Shown here in pieces: positions 38,261 to 48,630 of a stretch of 64,000 nucleotides of DNA. Source of the stretch: Halothiobacillaceae bacterium UBA5861 (GTDB lineage: Bacteria > Pseudomonadota > Gammaproteobacteria > UBA5861); NCBI GenBank assembly GCA_002432635.1, contig DJFX01000012.1, positions 112 through 64,111 on the forward strand. Direction: 5' to 3'. A program made the position numbers and the translations under genes. The notes beneath the pieces were generated by a model. The model did not search any database. It was not told the DNA's origin and saw only the letters and a list, made by a program, of their open reading frames with translations. Numbering within the stretch: the first letter of the stretch is position 1; every line of letters begins with the position of its first letter.

Positions 38261-39151
38261 ATGAATGAAAAAAACCTTTTCACACCAACCTCGCATTTTG
38301 TTGACTCACATGGCCTTACTCTCCATGTGGTCGAGTGGGGACAAGGCCCTAAAGCCCTCGTTTGCCATCACGGCTTTCTCGACCATTCGCGCACCTGGGA
38401 CAAAATGGCACTGGCCCTAGCTGATGAATACCGTCTGATTGCTGTCGATGCGCGCGGTCACGGCGACAGCGACTGGGTCGGCCAGGGAGGCTACTATCAC
38501 TTTCAGGAATACGTGCGTGATCTGGATGCTGTTATCCGCGCACTGGTACCCGAACCTTTTGTGATGATGGGGCACTCAATGGGGGGGCGAGTTGCCTCGA
38601 TTTACACAGGAACCTACCCGGAAAGTTGCCTGGGCCTGGTTCTGATTGAGGGGTCTGGCCCTCAAACAACCGAAGGAGAAACCTACCCCCAACTGATGCG
38701 CAGCTGGATTGAGACCACACGACATGTCCGAAAAAAAGAACGAAAAACACTGCCTTCACTGGAAGCAGCGGCTGAGCGCCTGAAAAAGAGCAACCCAAAA
38801 TTAGAACATACGCTGGCGCTTGACTTGGCGACCCACGGCACGGAAAAAACCACTGCCGGCTACCGCTGGAAGTTTGACCCACTTCACATGAGCAAAAGCC
38901 CACTACCTGTTACGTTAGATATTGTGAAGTACTTTAATATGAACTTCGATAAGCCCGTACTGATCTTCCGAGGACTGGACTCAGAAGCCCACTGCGATAC
39001 CCCTGACATCGGTGAGTGGCCAGGCCAAACGCGGCTCATTGACGTTAAAAATGCCGGACACATGATTCAACACGACAATGTCTCCGAAGTACTCACTCAC
39101 TTACGGCCGTTTTTGGCAAGCACCTTCAAAAAGGCGCAAGGAGACCCTTGA
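38261..39151 (+). CDS. Alpha/beta hydrolase
   Basis: HGFLDH, DARGHGDS, GHSMGG, RWKFDP and AGHM motifs. Confidence 0.92.
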   Translation: MNEKNLFTPTSHFVDSHGLTLHVVEWGQGPKALVCHHGFLDHSRTWDKMALALADEYRLIAVDARGHGDSDWVGQGGYYHFQEYVRDLDAVIRALVPEPFVMMGHSMGGRVASIYTGTYPESCLGLVLIEGSGPQTTEGETYPQLMRSWIETTRHVRKKERKTLPSLEAAAERLKKSNPKLEHTLALDLATHGTEKTTAGYRWKFDPLHMSKSPLPVTLDIVKYFNMNFDKPVLIFRGLDSEAHCDTPDIGEWPGQTRLIDVKNAGHMIQHDNVSEVLTHLRPFLASTFKKAQGDP

Positions 39152-39654
39152 TGCACTCGGTGGCCCGTCTGCCCATATTCTCTGCACTATTGTGTGTACT
39201 GACTCTGACGAGCGCCTGCGAGCAGGAAAGCGAATCCGCGCCAACGCACACATCGCCTTATCAAATATCTGTCTCTCACCACTCGGCCTTTGATCTCAAC
39301 CAGGCCTCACTTAAAGTCACCCTCTATGGTACCCACAAGTATGTGGCCGACAATACAGCGACAGTGATCGCAACGTCCGAACACACACTCACCCAACTGC
39401 CTAGGACGATCACTGCGCGCTGGCCAGATGATGCGTACCGCCTGATTCAAAACCCACCGGTCGATCACCCAAATGAAGCAACCTACTACCTTGTGATCAG
39501 CATTGATGGCAACGGCGACAAGCAACTCTGCCCCAGTGATGACTATCAACAAGATTACGCTGCAACACCCTTTTTCACACTCAGTGGCCGGCCAGAGGCC
39601 TCCATTGAAATGACCGTTAAATCCATAGAAACCGGCGCCTGCCAGGATTTTTAA
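39151..39654 (+). CDS. Lipoprotein, possibly YbaY/YscW (pilotin)-like
   Basis: TSAC lipobox; LKVTL..ADNTATVIA..QLP..YYLVISIDGNG resembles YbaY; TGATG coupling to the hydrolase. Confidence 0.5.
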   Translation: MHSVARLPIFSALLCVLTLTSACEQESESAPTHTSPYQISVSHHSAFDLNQASLKVTLYGTHKYVADNTATVIATSEHTLTQLPRTITARWPDDAYRLIQNPPVDHPNEATYYLVISIDGNGDKQLCPSDDYQQDYAATPFFTLSGRPEASIEMTVKSIETGACQDF

Positions 39655-39743
39655 AAGACCTGCGAATAATTCATACATCTCTCTCCATTCGTTCATTCTA
39701 TTGACTACACTATTTTTATTTTTCAGCTAAAAAGAGTGACGTT

Positions 39744-41777
39744 ATGAAAAAAGATGTGTTCAAACCCTTGGTGCTGGCCAGCGCCATCACGCTCGCACTC
39801 ACAAGCTGCAGCAGCAGCGATGATGAGTCCGATAGCAATACGGGTAACAATAACAACGGTAATACCACAGAGGTCACCGGATCTGCCTATGCGCCCAACG
39901 GTTCAGTCGCTTCGTTTCACTCGGCAACCCATCCGCTCTTTGCATGGACCAGCCGGTTGATTTTCAGCCCGGCAATTGCGGCCATCACAGGTCTGCAACC
40001 CGTCACTGGCGCGACTGTCGAGCTGATCGAAATTGACGATGATGGCAACCAGGTGGGTGAAGTGATCGCCACCACCTCAACCTCCATTACCGGTAGCTAC
40101 ACCTTAACCATACCTTCCGGCGTCACGCTGTCTGGGAATTTGATTGTCCGCATTACCGGGAACGGCAACACTGAAATGCGCGCACAAGTCGTCGAGCAAG
40201 CGGTGGATATCACCCCGGTTTCCGAATTCGTGCTTCAAAAATTTATCGCTGACGATACCGATCTGGACCAGTTGACAACCGCATCTGTCGTCAAACTCAC
40301 CGGAGAAGTTGAAGAGTTTGATCTGACCGCCACAGCAGATCTCAGCTCGATGCTTGCGCAACTGGAGACAGAAGTTGGTGAATTCGTTGACACCAGCATC
40401 GACACCATCACTCAAGTCGCTGGCGATACAACAGCTCTCGCCGGTAGTTATCGCTTGATCGGCTTAAGCCTGGGCTTGCATGATGATGATATGCAATACA
40501 ACGTCGGAACACTGGGGACGGACCTGTACCGAGATGACTTCAATGTGACGAGTAGCGGCACAGGCTCTGTCAACATCCAACTCACCCGTAGCGAGTCAGC
40601 TTGGAGTAATTTCACGGTGTTTGATAATACCGTTAACCTGGAGTATTACGCGGACATTGAGACGGAGAACGAGACTATTCCCGGCACCTTCAGCAGTAGC
40701 GGTATTCTCACCGTCGAAGGTGAATTTGAAGAAGATATTGATGGCGACTACGCCTGGCGTTTCCCAGCGAGTACCCTTCAATTCCAAAAAGCAGCCACTT
40801 CCGATGTCTTCTTCGGTATTTTTGGTGATGCCGGTGTCCGGTATCAAACCGTTGATACCAACAATGACGGCATCAAAGACGCACTGGATCCCAACCAGCG
40901 TGAAGGAGATGAAGTATTCAGAGAGTTAAATATTCTGGCCAAAGCCCCATCCGACTTTTCTGCAAGTGACATGAGCGGCACCTATGGTGCAGTTGAGCTG
41001 GCTATCGAGCAAGATCAATCCGGCATGCAGCACTTCAAAGTCGCTACTTTTTCAATCACTTTTGAGGGAACGTCGACCTTCAGCGCCACACAATCCCAGT
41101 ACGATGAGTTTGAACGCTCATTCAGCACCTTCCAATTGACGAACGGTACCGACACAGAATCCGGAGGAGACGGCCAGTTGCAGGTTTCCTCATCCGGGGA
41201 GATCACTGCAATCGGTGGCGATGACGCCGATGGCTTTTTCAGTGCTGATGGCAGCCTGATGGCTATCTATGAGTCAGAATTTATTGACGACAGCAACCCA
41301 GACGACGGCGCTGTTAATCAGGTTGAATATGAGCTGATGCTGGCACTCAAACAGCCGGCCAGTACCATCAGTATTGCCAGCAACACTTATCGGGTGCAGA
41401 TGCTCGCTCAGCGATGGGAAGGTAATGCAACGGCATCCGTCACCACAGGCTTTTCATCCATGCTCACAGTGGATGCAACAGGTTCGAGCGCCACCGCAAA
41501 TCTCCACATCCGGGAAGCCGCCAAGGACAGTTACACCGCTGATGTAGAAGCCAGCAGCGAAATACTGGTACCGCAAAGTATTACGATTGAACCAAATGAT
41601 GGACCCGGCAAGCGAGTAATCACGCTGACCTTCGAAGATGGCTCCGTTCTGAAAGCTATTGGTTCATTCAACGCAGATGGCAGCACTGGCATTTTCAAAG
41701 TCCGTGCTGGGGAATCAGCGGAAGCCGAACCCGATACACTGGGCATCATGATCCTTCAGGAACTATCCGGCGGGTAA
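39744..41777 (+). CDS. Large acidic beta-rich lipoprotein of unknown function
   Basis: LTSC lipobox; S/D/N-rich linker; D/E/T/S-rich body; Dx[DN]xDG motif (DTNNDG). Confidence 0.75.
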   Translation: MKKDVFKPLVLASAITLALTSCSSSDDESDSNTGNNNNGNTTEVTGSAYAPNGSVASFHSATHPLFAWTSRLIFSPAIAAITGLQPVTGATVELIEIDDDGNQVGEVIATTSTSITGSYTLTIPSGVTLSGNLIVRITGNGNTEMRAQVVEQAVDITPVSEFVLQKFIADDTDLDQLTTASVVKLTGEVEEFDLTATADLSSMLAQLETEVGEFVDTSIDTITQVAGDTTALAGSYRLIGLSLGLHDDDMQYNVGTLGTDLYRDDFNVTSSGTGSVNIQLTRSESAWSNFTVFDNTVNLEYYADIETENETIPGTFSSSGILTVEGEFEEDIDGDYAWRFPASTLQFQKAATSDVFFGIFGDAGVRYQTVDTNNDGIKDALDPNQREGDEVFRELNILAKAPSDFSASDMSGTYGAVELAIEQDQSGMQHFKVATFSITFEGTSTFSATQSQYDEFERSFSTFQLTNGTDTESGGDGQLQVSSSGEITAIGGDDADGFFSADGSLMAIYESEFIDDSNPDDGAVNQVEYELMLALKQPASTISIASNTYRVQMLAQRWEGNATASVTTGFSSMLTVDATGSSATANLHIREAAKDSYTADVEASSEILVPQSITIEPNDGPGKRVITLTFEDGSVLKAIGSFNADGSTGIFKVRAGESAEAEPDTLGIMILQELSGG

Positions 41778-41796
41778 TCGTACTCGCTCAAAACAC

Positions 41797-41824
41797 GACA
41801 AGGCAGCCCTCCCGCTGCCTTGTC
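41797..41824 (+). terminator. Stem-loop after the lipoprotein gene
   Basis: GACAAGGCAGC-CCTCCC-GCTGCCTTGTC, an 11-bp stem without a clear U tract. Confidence 0.55.
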
Positions 41825-41958
41825 ATACCTCATGCCAACCACCCTAAAACGACCCAAAAAAGTGCGCCAGCAATTTATTCGCCCAAATTAAGGTCACCTA
41901 CTCGGCGTTCTATCCCTGAAATAGGGCGCAACACCCCAAATAAAGCAAAAAAGCCTCT

Positions 41959-41975
41959 ACGGCACCATTTTTGCT
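41959..41975 (+). promoter_or_regulatory. Sigma54 (-24/-12) promoter of the nitrate transporter
   Basis: ACGGCACCATTTTTGCT: GG at 41961-41962, N10, GC at 41973-41974; weak NtrC-like sites upstream (e.g. GACCCAAAAAAGTGCG). Confidence 0.7.
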
Positions 41976-42012
41976 CCAATATGGGGCTGATGAATATCGA
42001 GGGAACTCTTAC

Positions 42013-43491
42013 ATGTCGACAGAACGCATTAATCTTTTTTCTTTTTCTGGGCAAAACCGCATCTTACACATGACGTGGTTTGCCTTTTTTCTTACCTTCG
42101 TTGTCTGGTTTAACAGCGCGCCACTGATGGTTTCCATCCGCGAAACCTTCAATCTGTCAACAGAAGAAGTAAAGGCCTTATTGATTCTTAACGTTGCACT
42201 AACAATCCCGGCCCGGATCATCATCGGCATGCTGGTCGATAAATACGGCCCTCGGCGTATCTACTCCGCATTACTGTTCTTCTCGAGTTTAATCTGCTTC
42301 TTTTTTGCATTTGCCAAAACTTATGAGGCCTTGGCTATCGCCCGCTTTATGTTAGGTTTTGTGGGTGCGGGATTTGTGATTGGCATTCGCATGATCAGTG
42401 AATGGTTTCCTGCAAAAACGGTGGGGCTCGCTGAGGGCATTTACGGAGGCTGGGGTAACTTTGGTTCAGCTGCCGCCGCGCTCACACTTCCCAGCTTAGC
42501 ACTCTTCTACGGTGGGGATGATAGCTGGCGCTATGCGATTGCAACCACCGGCGGCCTGACGCTGATCTATTCGTTCATTTACTTTTTCTCCGTCAGCGAT
42601 ACACCCAAAGGCTCAACTTACTTTAAACCCAAGAAAAGCGGGGCCATGGAAGTCACTAGCAAAGGTGATTTCATTCTCTACGCGATTATGAATGTACCAA
42701 TGTACATCGCGCTGGGCATCCTGACATGGCGCCTGGGTCCCTCTAATTTTGGCATGCTGTCATCCACAGCAACCAATATTGTTTACCTTATCCTCATTAC
42801 TATTTTTTGTTACCAGTTCTGGCATATCTGGCAAGTCAATAAGGATATTTTCAAAACCAAAGTGCCTGAAATCCATCAATACCAATTTAAGCAAGTGGCA
42901 ATCCTGAACCTGGCCTATTTTGTCACCTTTGGTTCTGAGCTGGCCGTTGTTTCGATGTTGCCCTTGTTCTTTTTTGAAACCTTTCAGGATTCTGGCATCA
43001 CTCAAAAAACAGCGGGAATGCTGGCCGCAGGCTACGCTTTCATGAACCTGGCAGCACGTCCTGGCGGCGGCTGGATCAGTGATCGCTTTGGCCGTAAACA
43101 AACACTGTTAATTTTGATCGGCGGCTTGTCGGTGGGCTACTTTATTCTCGGGCAGCTGAACAGCGGTTGGTGGATTCCTCTTGCTGTGATTGCGACCATG
43201 TTTTGCTCATTTTTTGTGCAAGCTGGTGAGGGGGCTGTCTTTGCTATGGTGCCATTAGTCAAACGCCGGCTGACAGGCCAAATCGCCGGTATGACAGGTG
43301 CTTATGGTAATGTCGGCGCCGTGAGCTTTTTAACAGTCTTGTCCTTTGTCTCTCCACAGACTTTCTTCCTGGTGATTGGTGGATCAGCTATCGTCATCCT
43401 GTTGCTCGTTGCCATATTTATGGATGAGCCTCAAGGCCAAATGGCAGAAATCATGCCCGACGGCACGGTCCAAATGATTGATGTCACCTGA
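42013..43491 (+). CDS. narK: NarK/NRT2 family nitrate/nitrite MFS transporter
   Basis: [13 protein letters not shown], nitrate signature [34 protein letters not shown] and [10 protein letters not shown] motifs. Confidence 0.92.
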   Translation: MSTERINLFSFSGQNRILHMTWFAFFLTFVVWFNSAPLMVSIRETFNLSTEEVKALLILNVALTIPARIIIGMLVDKYGPRRIYSALLFFSSLICFFFAFAKTYEALAIARFMLGFVGAGFVIGIRMISEWFPAKTVGLAEGIYGGWGNFGSAAAALTLPSLALFYGGDDSWRYAIATTGGLTLIYSFIYFFSVSDTPKGSTYFKPKKSGAMEVTSKGDFILYAIMNVPMYIALGILTWRLGPSNFGMLSSTATNIVYLILITIFCYQFWHIWQVNKDIFKTKVPEIHQYQFKQVAILNLAYFVTFGSELAVVSMLPLFFFETFQDSGITQKTAGMLAAGYAFMNLAARPGGGWISDRFGRKQTLLILIGGLSVGYFILGQLNSGWWIPLAVIATMFCSFFVQAGEGAVFAMVPLVKRRLTGQIAGMTGAYGNVGAVSFLTVLSFVSPQTFFLVIGGSAIVILLLVAIFMDEPQGQMAEIMPDGTVQMIDVT

Positions 43492-43563
43492 CATATTCAT
43501 CCGCTGTACTTGTCTCCGGCACCAAAAATCGGCACGCTGTACTTTAATCATGCAGGTTAAATC

Positions 43564-45279
43564 ATGATACCGGATACAACTGAGCTGAAAATTTCCAGTG
43601 GCCAAGCCAGTATCGCGGGGGTAAAAGATGTTAATGAAGATGCCGTAGGCATCCGAGTGCCCAAAGCCCCCTTGCTTCACAACAAGGGGCTGGCGGCGGT
43701 CATAGCAGACGGGGTCAGCACCGCTATTTCTGCCCGTGAAGCCAGTCATGTCTGCGTTAATAATTTTTTGTCAGACTACTTCGCGACGCCGGAAACCTGG
43801 ACTGTCAAAAAGTCCGCCCACACCATTCTGACGGCGCTAAACCGATGGCTCTACGGCAGCGGTCACAGCATGTACGGCACTTCGCGCGGCCTGGTCAGTA
43901 CCCTCAGTGCTCTCATTCTTAAATCCACCAGCGCTTATATCTTTCATATCGGTGATAGTCGCATATATCTCTATCGCAACGGCAGCCTTGAACCGCTGAC
44001 GCGCGATCACCGGACTCGCATATCCAATGAGCGCGAATACCTTTCCCGCGCTATGGGTGTCGAGCTGGAAATTGAAATCGACTACCACTCGCTCACGGTA
44101 GAAGCTGGTGATCTGTTTTTTCTTTGTACCGATGGTGTGTATGAATTCGTCGACGAAGCACACATCACACAGGCTATCGTCCAATCAACCAATCTGGAAA
44201 CATTAAGCCAGGAGATTGTTGATCTCGCCCTTGAAAAGGGCAGCAACGACAACATCAGCTGCCTGTTTCTCTCGGTAGATGCCCTACCCTTATTGGATGA
44301 AGACTCATTCTACCGCGAACTTACCACCCTGCCTTTTCCTCCCCCCCTGTCACCAGGTATGCAGCTTGATGGTTACCACATCGTCAGAGAAGTGCACGCC
44401 AGCAAACGTTCACAGGTATACCTTGTCTCTGATGAAGAAAGTAGCAAAAACTTCATCATGAAGACCCCATCCCTTAACTTCGAAGACGACCCACTTTATA
44501 TCGACCTTTTCCTTCATGAAGAATGGATTGGCCGCCGTATCAACAATCCCCACGTCATGCAGGTCATGGCGCCCCGGCGCCAGCGCACGGCTCTGTACAC
44601 AATCACCGAATATATTGAAGGCGACACACTGCGCCAGTGGATAGACCGCAATCCCAATCCGGCTTTACATACTGTACTCGGTATTGCTGACCAGCTGATC
44701 CAAGGGTTACGAACGTTCCAGCGCATGGAAATGATCCATCAGGATCTAAAGCCGGAAAACATCATGATCGACCGTTTCGGCACCTTAAAGATTATCGACT
44801 TCGGCTCAACCAAAGTGGCTGGTCTGGCCGAGCTGGTTTCACCCCTTGATCGGGAAGCCCTCCTCGGCACAGAAAGCTATACTGCTCCTGAGTACCTGGC
44901 CGGACAAATCACCAGCTTCCGCTCTGATATCTATTCACTGGGGACCATTATTTATGAAATGCTTTCCGGTCAATTACCCTACGGCGAAGCTTTAACACGA
45001 CACAACCTCAACCGCCTCGAATACCGCCCTTTACACCGGACAAACCCCAGTATACCTGTCTGGTTAGACGGCGCGCTGGCCAAAGCTGTTCAGAAAAACC
45101 CGGACCTCCGTTACAACAGCCTGTCAGAATTCCAGCAAGACCTGAAAACCCCAAACAAGAAATTCACCCAGGCACACGCCAAACCCCTGATTGAGCGCAA
45201 CCCGCTCCTGTTCTGGCAAAGTGCGGCTCTTTTATTCTTATTGCTAAATCTGATTCAAGGCATATGGCATTTAATCTGA
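43564..45279 (+). CDS. Bifunctional PP2C phosphatase / Hanks-type Ser/Thr kinase with C-terminal TM helix
   Basis: PP2C motifs NED, IADGV, HIGDSR, TDGV and GSNDN; kinase motifs MKTP, HQDLKPEN, IIDFG, YTAPE and SDIYSLG. Confidence 0.92.
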   Translation: MIPDTTELKISSGQASIAGVKDVNEDAVGIRVPKAPLLHNKGLAAVIADGVSTAISAREASHVCVNNFLSDYFATPETWTVKKSAHTILTALNRWLYGSGHSMYGTSRGLVSTLSALILKSTSAYIFHIGDSRIYLYRNGSLEPLTRDHRTRISNEREYLSRAMGVELEIEIDYHSLTVEAGDLFFLCTDGVYEFVDEAHITQAIVQSTNLETLSQEIVDLALEKGSNDNISCLFLSVDALPLLDEDSFYRELTTLPFPPPLSPGMQLDGYHIVREVHASKRSQVYLVSDEESSKNFIMKTPSLNFEDDPLYIDLFLHEEWIGRRINNPHVMQVMAPRRQRTALYTITEYIEGDTLRQWIDRNPNPALHTVLGIADQLIQGLRTFQRMEMIHQDLKPENIMIDRFGTLKIIDFGSTKVAGLAELVSPLDREALLGTESYTAPEYLAGQITSFRSDIYSLGTIIYEMLSGQLPYGEALTRHNLNRLEYRPLHRTNPSIPVWLDGALAKAVQKNPDLRYNSLSEFQQDLKTPNKKFTQAHAKPLIERNPLLFWQSAALLFLLLNLIQGIWHLI

Positions 45280-46218
45280 ACTTGCCGCTTTCAGCAGGGG
45301 CACACTCAAAATTGGCGCGGGTAATTTTTCACTGGTGAAAATGATCTTTTTGCCATCGCTCGAATAGCTGGCAGCCTCAGCCTGCCGTAGTTGGTGTCTG
45401 ATCAAAACCTCCGGTGAACGGGCAAACGCCTCCTGCCAGTTTTCATCAGGATTCCGTGAATAAAGAAAAACCTGGTTATATCCCAGTACAGCAAGCTGCC
45501 GACCATCCGGGCTCAAGTCCATCGCGGTCGGGCTATAACGAAAAGGCCCTAGTCGCGGCTCGGCCATTACCTCTTCAACCGTTGGCTGCGGGTGCTTGTT
45601 TAATTCGGTTACGAACGTCGCAACCACCGTACCCGAAGACGTTGACGCCAGCGGTAGCCGATAAAATCGCGGTGGCTGATCACGTTTGCTCAGCAGGTAA
45701 ATCCAACCGGCAGCCTCATCCACAGCAACACTCTCGACATCCCTTGGACCTTCTTCGTAGCGCAAACGAATGCTGCGCACAGGCTTAACCACCAACACAT
45801 CCGCCGATGCACCATGAGCCATATTAGGCTCTTCCACCCAGTGCAAATTTACTGACGAACGCTGGGCCAGATTATCCCCCACGTCTGCAATCAAAAGATA
45901 GGATTTGCCTCCGTGCGTAAAGCGAGCCAAATCTTCCCAGTCTGTGTTTTTAACGCCTTCCACATCAACCCGGGCGATGATTTTTCCACGGGCACTGACA
46001 AGAAACACGCGTGGCAAACGGCCACTGTCATTCAACATCCAATAGTGGTCAGCGAGGTAAAACGATGGCGCCATACCACTGATTTCCGGCAGTTCACGGT
46101 CACGGATAAAATCAATTTCCCCCGCGTACGGTTGATCTTCCGGCAAAGGTGGCCGGGCATAACTACAACTCGCCAGCCAGCCACAGGCGAGCCAAACGCA
46201 AAACCAGAACGGTTTCAT
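45271..46218 (-). CDS. Putative beta-propeller lipoprotein
   Basis: WLASC lipobox; EISG, NDSG, DWED, ADVGDN, DVES and repeated SPDG/SSDG blades. Confidence 0.65.
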   Translation of the reverse strand: MKPFWFCVWLACGWLASCSYARPPLPEDQPYAGEIDFIRDRELPEISGMAPSFYLADHYWMLNDSGRLPRVFLVSARGKIIARVDVEGVKNTDWEDLARFTHGGKSYLLIADVGDNLAQRSSVNLHWVEEPNMAHGASADVLVVKPVRSIRLRYEEGPRDVESVAVDEAAGWIYLLSKRDQPPRFYRLPLASTSSGTVVATFVTELNKHPQPTVEEVMAEPRLGPFRYSPTAMDLSPDGRQLAVLGYNQVFLYSRNPDENWQEAFARSPEVLIRHQLRQAEAASYSSDGKKIIFTSEKLPAPILSVPLLKAASSD

Positions 46219-46239
46219 CACATGCTCCACAGAGAGTAG

Positions 46240-47517
46240 CTATGCCAGTAACTTGCGTACACAGGCGAGTTTAATGCAGACCGCCAACACATCCATCGCC
46301 GACTCAATATCCGCCAGTGAAGGAAACGAAGGTGCAATGCGGATATTGCTGTCCTGTGGATCTTGTCCATAAGGGAAACAGGCACCTGCAGCCGTTAGCT
46401 TGACGCCCGCCTCCAAGGCCAGAGCAACAATCTTCTTAGCACAGCCGGGCATCGCATCCAGGCTGATGAAATAGCCGCCTTCCGGTTTGGACCAGCTCGC
46501 ACATCCTGTTCCGGCCAGTTCACGGGTTAAGATGTCATCTACGCAAGCAAATTTGGGCTGCATGATTGCCGCATGCTTTTGCATATGCGCCCGCAGCCCG
46601 GCTAAGTCGCCAAAAAAGGCAAGATGCCGAAGCTGATTGAGCTTATCCGGCCCAATCGTCTGCTTTGACAAACGTGCCTTAATGTCTTGAATATTATTGC
46701 GGCTGGCCGCCAGAGCAGACACTCCCGCACCGGCAAAACTGATTTTTGAGGTGGAAGCAAACATCAATACTCGGTCAGGGTGGCCTGCCACTTCACATGC
46801 CTGCAAAATATTTTTGATCACGGCCAGCTCTGGGCCGAGCGGATGTTCGGCATAGGCATTGTCCCACATGATGCGAAAATCCGGCGCGGCGGTCGGCATA
46901 CTGGCGAGCCGATCAACCACGGCATCACTGTAAACCGCGCCCGTTGGATTGGAATACTTGGGCACACACCAAATGCCCTTGATGGAGGCGTCCTCAGCGA
47001 CCCGAGACGCCACCACATCCATATCCGGACCATCGTCATCCAAGGGCACCGTGACCATGTCGAACCCCAGTTCCTCCGTGATCGCAAAATGCCGGTCATA
47101 CCCAGGGGAGGGGCAAAGGAATGTGACTTTCTCTTCATCCTTCCAGGGTCGCTCGCCACCGCTCACGCCAAAGACATAGGCCCGCAACAAGGCGTCGTAC
47201 ATTAAATTCAAACTCGCGTTACCACCAATGATGACCTGATCGGCGGGTGCATCCAGTATCTCGCCAAACAACGCTTTCATCGCCGGCAAACCATCCAGCC
47301 CTCCGTAATTCCGGCAATCGGTGCCATCGGAGGACGTAAACTGACCCGCCCCTGGCAGGGTGAGCAAACCATCAGATAAATCCAATTGTTCCGGAGCCGG
47401 TTTTCCCCGCGTCATATCCAGTGCCAGGTTTTGAGACTTAAGGGTGTCGTAGCGCGACTTTAACGTTTTCTCAAGTGCGACTAGCTGCTCTGAACTCATA
47501 TCAACCATACTGGACAT
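46240..47517 (-). CDS. PLP-dependent aminotransferase, aspartate aminotransferase subgroup Ic (Rv3722c-like)
   Basis: LDMTRGKP, RNYGGL.G, PGYDRHF, WDNAY, STSKISF (PLP Lys) and NIRIAPSFP motifs. Confidence 0.85.
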   Translation of the reverse strand: MSSMVDMSSEQLVALEKTLKSRYDTLKSQNLALDMTRGKPAPEQLDLSDGLLTLPGAGQFTSSDGTDCRNYGGLDGLPAMKALFGEILDAPADQVIIGGNASLNLMYDALLRAYVFGVSGGERPWKDEEKVTFLCPSPGYDRHFAITEELGFDMVTVPLDDDGPDMDVVASRVAEDASIKGIWCVPKYSNPTGAVYSDAVVDRLASMPTAAPDFRIMWDNAYAEHPLGPELAVIKNILQACEVAGHPDRVLMFASTSKISFAGAGVSALAASRNNIQDIKARLSKQTIGPDKLNQLRHLAFFGDLAGLRAHMQKHAAIMQPKFACVDDILTRELAGTGCASWSKPEGGYFISLDAMPGCAKKIVALALEAGVKLTAAGACFPYGQDPQDSNIRIAPSFPSLADIESAMDVLAVCIKLACVRKLLA

Positions 47518-47663
47518 CGCAAACACTCCTGTCATATTGTGCGAATCAAACAATCAAATAAAGGCTCGTACACAGGGCCCAAAACACAAGGCAAAACCAC
47601 CTGCGGACCCGCGACAAAGTATAACCCAGTGCAGCGTAAGTGGAGTGCTTTCGGGAGGAAATC

Positions 47664-48578
47664 ATGTCACGTCAACAACTGGAAAAACTGATCGGCATCA
47701 TCACCAAACAAACCCCGCTTGGCGCACAAGCCATCGAAGCCTCGCGACAATTTATGGACGAAGGCGGCGGAAAATTCAAAACTCCGGCCGATGTCACCAC
47801 CAAAGCGATCAAAATTGGCGCAATGAATGCCGAATGGATCAGCACACCGGCCAGCGACACGGGTAAAACCCTGCTCTATTTTCACGGGGGAGGCTACGCT
47901 TCCGGATCGATTACCAGCCACCGTTACCTCATGCAAAACCTCGCACGCGCCAGTGGCTGCCGCACCCTGGGTATTAACTATCGGTTGGCTCCGGAACACC
48001 CGTTCCCTGCCGCACTCGAAGATGCCAAAGCCAGTTATCAGTGGTTGCTGGAACAAGGTCACGCGCCCAGCACCATCGCTATTGGAGGTGATTCGGCTGG
48101 TGGGGGCCTGGCCGTCGCCACGCTGGTCGCCTTGCGGGATGCAAGCGTGCCCCTGCCCGCCGCAGCCCTCTGCATATCCCCCTGGGCCGATTTAACCGGC
48201 ACGGCACAAAGCTACACCACCCAGCACGAGGCAGACCCTATGATCGCTCCCGATGCCATCCGCACAGTCGCGCGCTGGTATCACGCCAGTACACCGGCAG
48301 ACTCACCACTGGTTTCGCCTGTCTTCGCCGAACTTGGCGAACTGCCGCCACTGCTGATTCAGGTGGGGGAATGCGAAGTCCTGCGGGATGATGCCACCAA
48401 CCTCGCCGACAAAGCCCGGCAGGCGGGCGTAGATGTCACCCTGGAAATTGCGCCAGACATGATCCATGTGTGGCACGCTTATGCCCCCATGCTGGAGGAA
48501 GGACAAGCTGCCGTTGAACGCGCCGGGCAATTTCTACAAAACCACCTGCTGGCCCCAAATGAGACCCAAACACCGTAA
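47664..48578 (+). CDS. HSL-family (family IV) esterase/lipase
   Basis: HGGGY, YRLAPEHPFPAA, GDSAGG, EVLRDD and MIHVW motifs. Confidence 0.93.
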   Translation: MSRQQLEKLIGIITKQTPLGAQAIEASRQFMDEGGGKFKTPADVTTKAIKIGAMNAEWISTPASDTGKTLLYFHGGGYASGSITSHRYLMQNLARASGCRTLGINYRLAPEHPFPAALEDAKASYQWLLEQGHAPSTIAIGGDSAGGGLAVATLVALRDASVPLPAAALCISPWADLTGTAQSYTTQHEADPMIAPDAIRTVARWYHASTPADSPLVSPVFAELGELPPLLIQVGECEVLRDDATNLADKARQAGVDVTLEIAPDMIHVWHAYAPMLEEGQAAVERAGQFLQNHLLAPNETQTP

Positions 48579-48630
48579 CCCCGAGCCAGTCTTTAGCCCG
48601 CTACTTGGACGAATACCTTAAACACCGAAA

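Noticed and set aside
41976..42012. NasT/ANTAR antitermination leader before narK
   Set aside because: The leader after the sigma54 site is too short and shows no twin hairpins or terminator.
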